From an archaeon (GTDB lineage: Archaea; Nanobdellota; Nanobdellia; Woesearchaeales; JBDRAZ01), in the NCBI GenBank assembly GCA_043823195.1, contig JBDRAZ010000034.1, positions 12,699 to 76,698 on the forward strand: a stretch of DNA of 64,000 nucleotides. The letters run 5' to 3'. The position numbers and the translations under genes were made by a program. The notes under the pieces are model-generated. The model was not told where the DNA came from. It made no database searches and saw nothing but the letters and a program-made list of their open reading frames with translations. This document shows, piece by piece, positions 41,803 to 51,100 of this stretch (position 1 is the stretch's first letter; each line of letters opens with the position of its first letter).

Positions 41803-42556
41803 AATGAGGTTATTTTTTATTCCTTTTTTTCTTTTGCTAGTGCCTGCTGCCATGGCCGCATCAGTGACACGTGTAATGCCTGAGCGGATTGGTCCAGGTG
41901 AGGAGATTTCAGTAGCATTTGAGATTGCCTCTTCTGAAGCAGGAAAGCTGTTCACCCTTGAAGATGCCCTGCCGGCAGGTTTCGTGCTGGTGAGCTGGGA
42001 TGTTCCCGGCATTGCGCGCGACCAGGTTACAACCAGGGCTGCAGATAACAAGCACGGGTGGTCATTTGCCGCAGCTGCAAAAACAACAATCACCTACAAG
42101 GCTACGGCCCCCCAGAGGATGGGGGAATACACCTTTGATGCGGTATGGTTCGACCCCTCCGGAATGAACCAGGACGAGAAAAAGGTTGTTGTACGCCAGA
42201 TCATCTGCGGTGACGGATATTGCGAAGGCAATGAGGCGTATTCTACCTGTTCTTCAGACTGCGAGGCTCCTGCTCCAGAACCCGAGCCAGCCCCTCAGCC
42301 GGCTCCAGCCCCTCAACCTGCACCCCTTATCGTCCGTGAAAAGAAGTCAAATACCCTGCCGATTGTTATCGTTATTTTGGTCATATTGGCTGCCGTGGGA
42401 TTTGCAGCCTACAGGACCTACATGAAAAAGGGCGGGCTGAAATTGTCCGGAATGTCAGGGTCCGCAACCGCAGGAGCCAAAAGGGCGGGCAAGCCAGGCG
42501 CAAAGGATGAGCCGCAGGATGATACCCCCCCCGAGGACAAGCTCCCCAAACTGTAA
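41795..42556 (+). CDS. Membrane-anchored protein with cohesin-like beta-sandwich, CGDG Cys motif, Pro-rich stalk, TM helix and cytoplasmic tail
   Basis: Signal peptide; SVTRVMPERIGPGEEISV...LEDALPAGF...ITYKATAP...GEYTF; CGDGYCEGNE..STCSSDC; PEPEPAPQPAPAPQP; TM LPIVIVILVILAAVGFAAY. The cohesin assignment is inference. Confidence 0.7.
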   Translation: MGKMRLFFIPFFLLLVPAAMAASVTRVMPERIGPGEEISVAFEIASSEAGKLFTLEDALPAGFVLVSWDVPGIARDQVTTRAADNKHGWSFAAAAKTTITYKATAPQRMGEYTFDAVWFDPSGMNQDEKKVVVRQIICGDGYCEGNEAYSTCSSDCEAPAPEPEPAPQPAPAPQPAPLIVREKKSNTLPIVIVILVILAAVGFAAYRTYMKKGGLKLSGMSGSATAGAKRAGKPGAKDEPQDDTPPEDKLPKL

Positions 42557-42557
42557 T

Positions 42558-42640
42558 ATTGCTTGAATTAAGTGAATTATTGCATAAATGTTCAGTTACA
42601 TAAATGTGCAGAATGTTTAACTGAATTATTGTTTAAGTTT
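42558..42640. repeat. AT-rich intergenic tract with short direct repeats between convergent genes
   Basis: CATAAATGT(T/G)CAG at 42583 and 42599; TGAATTATTG at 42573 and 42622; TGTTTAA at 42614 and 42630. Confidence 0.55.
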
Positions 42641-42642
42641 GT

Positions 42643-43338
42643 CTATTTAATGAGGTTATATTTCTTCAGTATTTCCTTGAACCGTTTCAGGTCATCAGAA
42701 TTCTTGAAATCCCCCATCTTTTCCTTGGGCACGGATTTCATAACCCGGGTAGATATCTTTGCCAGGTCTTTCATATCGGCCAGCATCTCATTCTCCCTTG
42801 GTGAGGCCTCTCCGCTGTCCTCTTCAGCCATCTCTTCCTCACGCTTCAGGAATCTCAGCTGGTCAAGAAAGTTCCTGATCACGCTGTTTTTTTTCTCTAT
42901 CACTATCTCTTCTTCCTTCTTCAGCTCTGTCTCCTTCTCATCGAGCTTCTCAAGGCGCATCTCTTCATTTGGGTTTTTTTCATGCCTTCCCACGATGTTC
43001 CACATCAGGTCGGTCTTCTCCTTGCTTATCTCCTCTTCCTGTTTCCTGATCTGGCTCTCCTGCTCGTCCATGGCGTCCATATCATCCTCAAGGTCAGACT
43101 CCATCTCTTCCTCATTCATATTTTTTGATGACTTGATATTGCCAACCACCTTGCTAATAAATGAGCCGGGGACATCATAGGTATCCTGATAGGTATCCAT
43201 AAACTCCTTCTTGTCTTCATCGCTGATATTGTCCTTTTTCTGGCGAAACAGGCGTTTCCATGATGGCTTCCTTGCAGAGCTTATGTGGCTGTCAAGCTCC
43301 CTATAAAGCTGGTTTCTTCGCTCAGGTGAATCATCCAT
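42643..43338 (-). CDS. Hypothetical acidic, highly charged (coiled-coil-like) protein
   Basis: 231-aa E/K/D-rich ORF with an AT-rich divergent promoter region upstream. Confidence 0.7.
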   Translation of the reverse strand: MDDSPERRNQLYRELDSHISSARKPSWKRLFRQKKDNISDEDKKEFMDTYQDTYDVPGSFISKVVGNIKSSKNMNEEEMESDLEDDMDAMDEQESQIRKQEEEISKEKTDLMWNIVGRHEKNPNEEMRLEKLDEKETELKKEEEIVIEKKNSVIRNFLDQLRFLKREEEMAEEDSGEASPRENEMLADMKDLAKISTRVMKSVPKEKMGDFKNSDDLKRFKEILKKYNLIK

Positions 43339-43414
43339 GGCATTCTCTTAAATTATACTTCTATAAAAATCTTTTGGCACAAGGTTTTTATATCTCCGCA
43401 GCGATTGGGTTTGC

Positions 43415-44266
43415 ATGGTGCGAAAGCCGGCGGTGGCAGGGCAATTCTATGATGGCAGCAGGGCTGGACTCACTGCGCAGATCAAAAAGAGTTTTCTCTC
43501 TGATCTGGGCCCGGGCTATCTGCCCGGCGGCGCAAGGGGGGGCGGCAAGGCTGTGAAGGGCGCAATAGTGCCTCACGCGGGCTACATGTTTTCAGGTCCG
43601 GCGGCAGCGCACGTTTACGCGAGGATTGCAGGGTCAGATATTGGAACCTTTATCATCCTCGGCACAAATCACACGGGCATGGGGATGACATCAGCAATGC
43701 TTGAGGACTTTGAGACGCCCCTGGGCATCGCCAAAAACGACACAGGCCTTGCCGGGGCACTTATTAAGAATTGCGGCATAAGAGAAGACAACCAGGTTCA
43801 TCTTTATGAGCACAGCATCGAAGTCCAGCTTCCGTTTCTCCAGTTTACGTTCAAGGACTTTCAGTTTGTGCCGATAGTCATAGCATCCCCGGCCAGGATA
43901 CGGGAGATCGGGACAGGCATCCTTAAAACCATCAGGGAGTCGAAAAAGAAAGTCTGCATTCTTGCATCATCAGATTTTACGCACTACGGAGCAAGCTACG
44001 GCTACGCCCCCTTTGCAGGCAATCTGAAAGAAAACATTGAAAGGCTTGACCGTGAGGCAATGTCGTATATTCAGGACCGCAAGCCGGATGAATTCTTCAG
44101 GTTTGTTCAGGAGACGGGTGCCACAATATGCGGCTTTCTGCCGATATATGTAATGCTTGCAGCTATTCCTGAATACAAGGCCACCCTGCTTAAGTACTAC
44201 ACATCAGCAGACATCCTGGGGGATTATTCCCAGTCAGTCAGCTATGCGGCTATTGTCCTTGAGTAG
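43415..44266 (+). CDS. MEMO1 family protein (AmmeMemoRadiSam system protein B)
   Basis: RKPAVAGQFY, IVPHAGYMFSG, GTNHTG, EHSIEVQLPFLQ, SSDFTHYG, TICG. Confidence 0.93.
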   Translation: MVRKPAVAGQFYDGSRAGLTAQIKKSFLSDLGPGYLPGGARGGGKAVKGAIVPHAGYMFSGPAAAHVYARIAGSDIGTFIILGTNHTGMGMTSAMLEDFETPLGIAKNDTGLAGALIKNCGIREDNQVHLYEHSIEVQLPFLQFTFKDFQFVPIVIASPARIREIGTGILKTIRESKKKVCILASSDFTHYGASYGYAPFAGNLKENIERLDREAMSYIQDRKPDEFFRFVQETGATICGFLPIYVMLAAIPEYKATLLKYYTSADILGDYSQSVSYAAIVLE

Positions 44267-45538
44267 TCAGGTGCCTTCATTCCATGAGTTCAGGTACTTA
44301 ACCTGCTCATCATCTAGCGTGTCAATTGCCACATCAAGCGCCTTTAGCTGAAGCGCGGCGATTTTATCATCAATCTCCTCAGGTAGCGTTATGACCTTTC
44401 TATCGAGGTTTCCCTTGTTCTTGACCAGGTATTCGCATGCAAGGGCCTGGCCGCAGAATGACGTTGACATGACCTCGCTCGGATGCCCCTCTGCAAGCGC
44501 AAGGTTGACAAGCCTGCACTGCCCCAGGGCAAATATTTTCCTGCCGTCTATGATGAATTCCTCTACGAGCGGCCTTATCTCGCGGACACCGGATGCAGCC
44601 TTTTTCAGCGATGCATAGTCTATCTCTATGTCAAAGTGGCCTGCATTTGCCAGGATAGCGCCGTCTTTCATTGCCCTGATGTGCTCAATCTTTATTATGT
44701 GCTTTCCGCCCGTGACTGTGATAAAGATGTCGCCGATCTTTGCAGCCTCCTGCATGGGCATTACCCTGTGGCCGTCAAGCTTTGCCTGCAGGGCACGGAA
44801 ATGGTTTACCTCAGTAACAATCACGTTGGCTCCAAGCCCGGATGCCCTCAGGCTGGTTCCCTTGCCGCAGTCGCCATACCCTGCCACAACAACGTTTTTT
44901 CCGGCAAACAGTATGCTTGTCCCTCTCAGGATTCCATCCAGTGCACTCTGGCCGGTTCCGTAATAGTTGTCCAGCAGATGCTTGGTCTTGTTGTCATTCA
45001 CTGCAATTATCGGGTATTTCAGGGCTTTGTCCTTTTCCATCGCCTTGAGCCTTATGATTCCGGTAGTGGTTTCCTCTGAGCCGCCGATTATGCTGTTGAT
45101 AAGCTCCGGGTGCTTAAGGTGTATCTCTGTGACAAGGTCGCAGCCGTCATCAATCGTAATCTGTGGCCGGAATGCGATAATCTTGTTGAGGTTCCTGTAG
45201 TACTCTTCCTTGCTCTCATGTTTCCATCCATAAACATCGACACCCTCTACTGCCAGCGCAGCAGCAACATCATCCTGTGTGCTTAGGGGGTTGCATCCCG
45301 TAATGGCAACCTTTGCCCCGCCTGATATGAGTGTCCTGACGAGGGCCGCAGTTTCCTTTGTAATGTGCAGCGCCAGGCCCACCCTGATCCCTTTCAGAGG
45401 CTTTTCCTTTTCAAATCTCTGCCTTACTTTGATGAGGGCACCCATCTGTGATTCAGCCCATTCAATGTTTTTCATGCCCTGTTGAGCCAGTTTAAGGTCC
45501 TTTACCTCGTAATTATCTCCTTTGTCCACGATTATCAA
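44267..45538 (-). CDS. ahcY: Adenosylhomocysteinase (SAH hydrolase)
   Basis: CNPLSTQDDVAAAL, EETTTG, DNYYGTGQS, GYGDCGKG, NAGHFDIEI, GHPSEVM. The start may be GTG 45529. Confidence 0.97.
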   Translation of the reverse strand: MIIVDKGDNYEVKDLKLAQQGMKNIEWAESQMGALIKVRQRFEKEKPLKGIRVGLALHITKETAALVRTLISGGAKVAITGCNPLSTQDDVAAALAVEGVDVYGWKHESKEEYYRNLNKIIAFRPQITIDDGCDLVTEIHLKHPELINSIIGGSEETTTGIIRLKAMEKDKALKYPIIAVNDNKTKHLLDNYYGTGQSALDGILRGTSILFAGKNVVVAGYGDCGKGTSLRASGLGANVIVTEVNHFRALQAKLDGHRVMPMQEAAKIGDIFITVTGGKHIIKIEHIRAMKDGAILANAGHFDIEIDYASLKKAASGVREIRPLVEEFIIDGRKIFALGQCRLVNLALAEGHPSEVMSTSFCGQALACEYLVKNKGNLDRKVITLPEEIDDKIAALQLKALDVAIDTLDDEQVKYLNSWNEGT

Positions 45539-45684
45539 CTCCGTTCATTGATGATGAATGGCAGTCAACGGTCATTTATATACTTTATTCGTTATTTATT
45601 GGACAATGTTCACTTATTTAACATATTCCTGCACAAAATGGAAACATATTTAAATAAGTATGGACATATGATGCAGTGAAGGCT

Positions 45685-45749
45685 GGCTCTCTGGTTAGTA
45701 GACTACCCCCAATGTCTTTGTTGAGACTATTTCTCAATAACAGAGAGCC
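45685..45749 (+). other. Predicted structured 5' leader (three-way junction) upstream of the Lrp gene
   Basis: GGCTCTCTG (45685-93) pairs with CAGAGAGCC (45741-49); inner stems AGAC/GTCT and TTGAGA/TCTCAA; lies between TATA-like TTTAAATA (~45649) and ATG 45770. Confidence 0.4.
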
Positions 45750-45769
45750 CCTCCATTTAGTGACGACAA

Positions 45770-46195
45770 ATGAGAATCGACAAAAAGGACCACGAAATTA
45801 TTTCTGTTCTGAAAGAAAATAGCAGAGCATCAGTCCGCCAGATAGCCAAAACAACCGGGATAAGGCCCAGTACTGTGCATCAGCGCATTCAGAAGCTTAG
45901 GGAAACCGGGGTCATAGAAAACTTCACTGTTAAGCTTAATAATCGCGCAGTGAACGAAAATTTCATTGTCTTTGTCCTGGCTACCACCGAAGCTGACCTG
46001 ACAAACGAGATCCTGTCAAATGCAAGCGTCAAGGAGGCTCACGGGATAACCGGGGAATACGATCTGCTCCTCAAGCTGAAGTTTGCCAATGTCGAGGAAT
46101 TCAACGACTTCATACTCAGGTTCAGGAAGAAGGTCAAGGTGCAAAAGACCCTTACAATGGTCTCTACAATTGGGCTGAAAGAGATATTGAACTAG
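45770..46195 (+). CDS. Lrp/AsnC family transcriptional regulator
   Basis: IDKKDHEIISVLKENSRASVRQIA...STVHQRIQKL..GVI; ITGEYDLLLK. Confidence 0.93.
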   Translation: MRIDKKDHEIISVLKENSRASVRQIAKTTGIRPSTVHQRIQKLRETGVIENFTVKLNNRAVNENFIVFVLATTEADLTNEILSNASVKEAHGITGEYDLLLKLKFANVEEFNDFILRFRKKVKVQKTLTMVSTIGLKEILN

Positions 46196-46270
46196 ATAGG
46201 GGTAACTTATTCTCTTTCAATAGATGCTCTGCTGAGGTATAAGAATTCACCTTCAAGGCAGTGCCTTCAA

Positions 46271-46298
46271 AGAACAAAATAAACAAAAAAATCAAAAT
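46271..46298 (-). terminator. Oligo-T archaeal terminator-like tract after the mini-peptide gene
   Basis: Minus strand reads TTTTGATTTTTTTGTTTATTTTGTTCT directly after the TAA. Confidence 0.55.
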
Positions 46299-46302
46299 GG
46301 CA

Positions 46303-46350
46303 TTAGTATGGTGGTCCGCATCCACCGCAGTTTCCGTCTCCGCATCCCAT
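46303..46350 (-). CDS. 15-aa Cys/Gly-rich mini-peptide MGCGDGNCGGCGPPY; not in the ORF track
   Basis: Perfect GGAGGTGA RBS (46364-46357) 6 nt before the ATG; AAAAA-CTTAAATA BRE/TATA at ~46399-46387; T-tract downstream. Confidence 0.6.
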   Translation of the reverse strand: MGCGDGNCGGCGPPY

Positions 46351-46389
46351 GGCTATTCACCTCCTCTCAGGGGTCTAATTAGCGAGTAT

Positions 46390-47199
46390 TTAAGTTTTTG
46401 GGTCAACAAGGCCAAGCAGGTGCCTGTGCACCGCACCGCAGCAGGCAGCAACAACCGTGCTGGTTTCTTCCGGATCGGCCTTGAGGTCAACCGGCTTTCC
46501 CCGGTGGTCACTAAAAATCCCCCCCGCCTCCTCAAGGATAAGCTTCCCTGCCGCAAAGTCAGTCACCCTGTTGACCCCTCTCATGTCAAACATGCCGTGC
46601 AAAGTGCCCTTTGCCACAAGGCAGAGTTCAAGTGCTGTAGCATTATAGCATCTGATCTTTACTGATGTGCTCTGCAATAGCAGGGCACACCTCCTGTAGG
46701 CGCGCTCCTGTTCAGGATAGAAAAATGTTGTAACATAGTAAGGCGGCTTGGCTGCCCTTGGCATGATCCGTTTTCCGTCCTGAAACGATCCTTTCCCCTT
46801 TATTGCCCAGTACTCGTTGCCGTGCACAAGGTCCATGACATACCCGACATCCGTGTTTTCGAGTGTGTCCCTCGCCGCAGCGAGTGACACGCAGAAGAAC
46901 GGTATGCCCCTCTCGGCATTTCCTGAACCATCTACTGGATCAATCACAATTGTATATTCCGGATTCCCGCAGAGCCTCCTTACTCCGGTCTCTTCAGAGG
47001 CAAGAGTGAATCCCATGCCGCTCGCCTCAAGCATCCTGATTATCTTTTTTTCACATAAATCGTCGATCAGAATTGTCTTATCCCATCCCCTGTTCCGGAC
47101 AACGCCGGCAGCCCTGTCAGTGCCGTAGAAATCAAGAGCAATCTTCCTGACCTCTTTTCCTATGCCCCTGAACAGGCTGAGAATCTCCTGAGCCGCCAT
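46390..47199 (-). CDS. Inositol monophosphatase / FBPase family protein
   Basis: SEE, VIDPVDGSGN, DFAAGKLILEEAGG. Confidence 0.9.
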   Translation of the reverse strand: MAAQEILSLFRGIGKEVRKIALDFYGTDRAAGVVRNRGWDKTILIDDLCEKKIIRMLEASGMGFTLASEETGVRRLCGNPEYTIVIDPVDGSGNAERGIPFFCVSLAAARDTLENTDVGYVMDLVHGNEYWAIKGKGSFQDGKRIMPRAAKPPYYVTTFFYPEQERAYRRCALLLQSTSVKIRCYNATALELCLVAKGTLHGMFDMRGVNRVTDFAAGKLILEEAGGIFSDHRGKPVDLKADPEETSTVVAACCGAVHRHLLGLVDPKT

Positions 47200-47270
47200 A
47201 CCTGTTAAATCCCGATATTCCTATTTATATCTGTTGGAATACCTTTAAATACCTGGACCCCCCAGTGGCA

Positions 47271-48068
47271 ATGAAAAAGAGGATGAAAACAGCATTACTG
47301 CTTCCCGGGGGGAGTGTGCGCGGCGCATTTGAGGTAGGTGTACTCAAAGTCTTAATAAAAAAAATTACACCCGACGTAATCTTCGGCACCAGCGTGGGAT
47401 CAATAAACGGCGCCATGTTTCTTGACGGGCCTGACCATGCCAAAAATCTTGAGCAGCTTGAGTGCTGCTGGCTCAACATTGAAAAAAGCGACATCTTCAG
47501 GTACAACCTTAAAATTCTCTACAAGTTCATTATGGTAAGGTCCATTTTTGATCCGCGCATCCTAAAAGAGCAGCTTGAGATGAGAATAAATGCGCGGAGA
47601 TTCTCTGAGCTATCGGGAAGGCTGATCATCAATGCAACCGAGTATTCAGATGGGGGCAACGTCTTTTTTGAGGATGGAAGCCTCATTGATGCAGTCATTG
47701 CAAGCTGCTCCATACCGCCCTTCTTTCCTCCGCATGACTTTAATGGCGGCCTCTACATTGACGGATCCATCAACGAGTATGCTGGCCTAAAGCGTGCAGC
47801 AGAACTCGGATGCAGGCAGGTGATAGCAGTAAATCTGCTCTCCAGGATTCATACAAGAAAAGAGGCAACCCGCTTCTATGAAACCCTGCATCACACAGTC
47901 CAGCTCCTGGGAAAGAAGCTCATTGAGCACCAGCTGAAAAAGGCAAACATAATCGAGATACCCTTAATTAGCCAGGAACTAGACTTTACAGACCTTTCCC
48001 ACACCAGGGAACTCATAAGGCTTGGCGAGGAGGCCGCTAAAAAGGTCCTCCCCAGGATCCGGGCCTAA
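47271..48068 (+). CDS. Patatin-like phospholipase
   Basis: GGSVRG, GTSVG nucleophile elbow, ASCSIP, YIDGS. Confidence 0.9.
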   Translation: MKKRMKTALLLPGGSVRGAFEVGVLKVLIKKITPDVIFGTSVGSINGAMFLDGPDHAKNLEQLECCWLNIEKSDIFRYNLKILYKFIMVRSIFDPRILKEQLEMRINARRFSELSGRLIINATEYSDGGNVFFEDGSLIDAVIASCSIPPFFPPHDFNGGLYIDGSINEYAGLKRAAELGCRQVIAVNLLSRIHTRKEATRFYETLHHTVQLLGKKLIEHQLKKANIIEIPLISQELDFTDLSHTRELIRLGEEAAKKVLPRIRA

Positions 48069-48157
48069 GCTGCATCTGGGGCTGTTTTTGGCAGGAATTC
48101 TTGCGGAAAATCCGAAATCATTATAAATGAATTTACTACTTCTGAGAAATAAACCTT

Positions 48158-51100
48158 ATGTTGGTACATATAACCATGTTAAGCAATCAAATACATATGC
48201 GGATTGAGGCGAGACGTTCGGTTGATCTGGAAGAATTGGCAGCAGAGGCAGAACGGATTTCCCGCCAGCAACGGTATCTGGAGGCACATTGGGATGATCC
48301 CGGCTACGCGGTGTTTCTGGAATACGTATTCAGGCATACCCTGGAACGCAAATCTGATGCAGTGGTTGAGCTTGGATCTGGCTCAACAGGCAGCTTCGAT
48401 AGGCTGAGGAGGAGCCTGCACATGGATTCTCCTGCACAATTTGCAAACATGGCCAGAGTCGCGTGGATTCTGACCTCCCTTTCCGGGGGACGCAAGGATA
48501 CGGGCCTTTACGAACTCTACAAGATCAGCGGCTTGGGTCAGACGCTCTCCCTGGACCAGCTTACGCCGGTCGAATCACTAGGAATATGTTCTTATGAATG
48601 CCCGGGGCTCGCCGAGACCATCGCGGGATTTAAGGGATATGAGACGCTCTTTGCCCTTGCGACCGGCACTCCGCTTCAGCTAATGCTTTACGGTAAACAC
48701 GGCGCTGAAAGAAACAGGCACCTGATTGGCTTATCACCAGAAGAGCAGGATCTGCTGCAATCCAACAGAGCCGCCCTAATGGGTCTTTTGAATATTCCGG
48801 TTACGTCAATCGACATACCCGAAGGCTTTCTGAGAGACATCCCGGAACCGGTTGCACTTGCACGTGGCATGCTGGAATATGATTACGCCGAAAGCAGGTT
48901 CCTTGATGATTCATTTGTCAGGCATCTGAGAAGCACAAGACCGGGGAAAAGCATACGCTCGAGAGATAATCCCTGGGATATTCTGGCTTCCTGTAAGGGG
49001 CCCTCCGGAGAGGAATATGGGCAAATGATGGGACGCCTGAAGGATTTTCTGTTCAAGGAAGGTATGGCGCTCCTGCATGATGAAGGAGTCTATGCTTCCT
49101 CTGATTTCATTCTGCGTGCTGATGATTACAGGGACCCCAAATTCAGGCATACAGACTCTGCAAGTAAGCGTGCCTGCGAGCGCCGGGCCTCAATATGGCG
49201 AAACCTTATGCCTTCTGATCTTACAGCCTTAATCAAGAGGCAGCTGACCGATGTAATTCGGCCATTCCCGAATATGGAATATGATCAGCAAAGGGTCTGT
49301 GTAGAGTATTTCACCGGCGAGGTTATTGACATTATCGGTCAGCTTCTTCTGGAGCCCACACGTGCACTTTTCAAATTCGGCAACAGGTCTGAGCAGCCCT
49401 GGGATGAGACTGTGCTCTGCATACTTGGAGATAGGACCCTTGCTGACGACGCCTCCCTCTTATTAGGGGAGTACCTTCCCCCAGGCTACAGTTTTGAGCG
49501 TCATGCGCCCTTTATACCAATTCATTACCAGCATTTTACCTTTCGCCACAGGGAAGGCGGCCACCGAGACAAGCAGATTTCATATGGCCCCTCCAGGAGC
49601 GATGTCCTCTTTTGGGCAGATCAGCCTGATGTGCTCCTTCAAAAGCTGAGGCATATGGGCGACTATGATCCGGATCAGTTGGCCAGGCTGGTGGTCGGAG
49701 CCGGCTACAGCCTCATGAATACGGGTGACGTATCTGATCCTATCCAATGGAGGCGTATGCAGGCAAATGGTTCTGTTCTCTCAGAAGCCTGCGGCAATCT
49801 TCCGGATGCATATCTTACGTCTTTTTCAGCTATGGTCCCGCTGGGTATCCCGGACATAATCGACAAAAAGATAGCCGCCACAGGGTCAGCTAAGCCTGAC
49901 GGCAGCTGCTTGGGGCAGGCTAGTGCAATTGTGGAGCAGATAGGCATAACGCATCGCGACATACGCGAAGACTACGAGTCGCACAGGACTGTAGCGTTGG
50001 AAAAAATCAGAACAGCTATTGAAGGGCTGGACATCTCCAGGGGCCGGGCGATCGGGGTGGCGGAGGGTGCTCTATCGAGCAGATATCATACCAGGTATGC
50101 AAGACAGGCCGAAAGCCTTACCGGAAATCGCGCTGATGTGGCCGCACAAAAGCTTGATCTACTCGCAGACATATATCTTGGCCTATACTGTATTCCCCCG
50201 GATGAACGGGACCCGGATTCCAATGCTATGCTAAGCACATTACTCATACTAAACACAGGCTTCTATGATCTTGCCAGGGACTCATTGCGGGGTTCTGCAG
50301 AGCACGAGGCCAGCATAGCATACAAAGCGATGAACACTATGCAACATGCCCTGGCAATGGAAGAAAAGCGCTGCACAAACCATCTGCCTGCAAGTTCACC
50401 TCAGGGCACGAAGCAGACCGACAACCGATTTGAGGTAAATCTTGATTGCGTGGCTCAGTCAGTGATTCAGTGTGCAGTATCACGCGACAAACTCGAAAAC
50501 CTTGTTGCACGGGCAGAAGATCCGCTTCTTCAGGAAACTCGTCAGCGGATTGAAACTGTCATTGGTTATATCGATGCAGCCAGTGATTGTGCTGTTAGCT
50601 GGCTAGTGGGTGTTGTTGACCCGCCGGATTTAAGAAATTACCTGAACCGGAGATTTTCCGGTGAGAGTCCCTTGTGCGAGCACATTGTAGAGGTGATGCG
50701 AGCCTGCGAGAAACCCGGCCAGTTGGTTCAGGCCATTAATACGCTCATCTCAGCCTATGCACCAAAAAAGGAAAGGCAGAGATTGCTGGAAACCCGTCAG
50801 TCCTATGTTGAACAGGGCGAATTTGGGTTATGGACCCTGATTTATGATATTGGCCTCCTAAATACCTCAACCATTGCCCGGCAGCCGAAGGAAACCCTTT
50901 TTGAGCGGTACCGTGAGAGCCCTACTGAGACTGTTTACCATGCCATGGAAGCCCTTGCAGCCAAATCCCTCCACACTTCAGAGGAGGCGGTGCTCTTAAG
51001 ACGTGTTGAAGCAAAGCTTGCTGAAGCAGAAGACAGATATCTGTCAGATCCGCCCCCTGATCGGGCCGGGGTTCTTATGCCACACGAACTCCAGCAGCAT

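Noticed and set aside
365-42093. Numerous antisense and alternate-frame ORFs of 60-210 aa in the track
   Set aside because: They are shadows of long, motif-bearing plus-strand genes, with no RBS, promoter or recognisable motifs.
1-42640. Surface cluster as a mobile element or provirus
   Set aside because: No integrase, transposase, capsid gene, tRNA or att-like repeat was seen. The left boundary is outside the window, so this cannot be fully excluded.
42572-43180. 202-aa plus-strand Ser/Phe-rich ORF
   Set aside because: It is the antisense mirror of the E/K-rich gene 42643..43338.
43415-44266. A complete AmmeMemoRadiSam system
   Set aside because: Only the MEMO1 gene is here; no AMMECR1 or radical SAM gene is in the window.
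45545-45680. TGATGA as a C/D-box sRNA
   Set aside because: No suitably spaced CTGA D box or terminal stem; the region is explained by divergent promoters.
46261-46665. 134-aa plus-strand ORF
   Set aside because: It overlaps the IMPase gene and the mini-peptide unit on the opposite strand and crosses a poly-A tract; there is no supporting signal.
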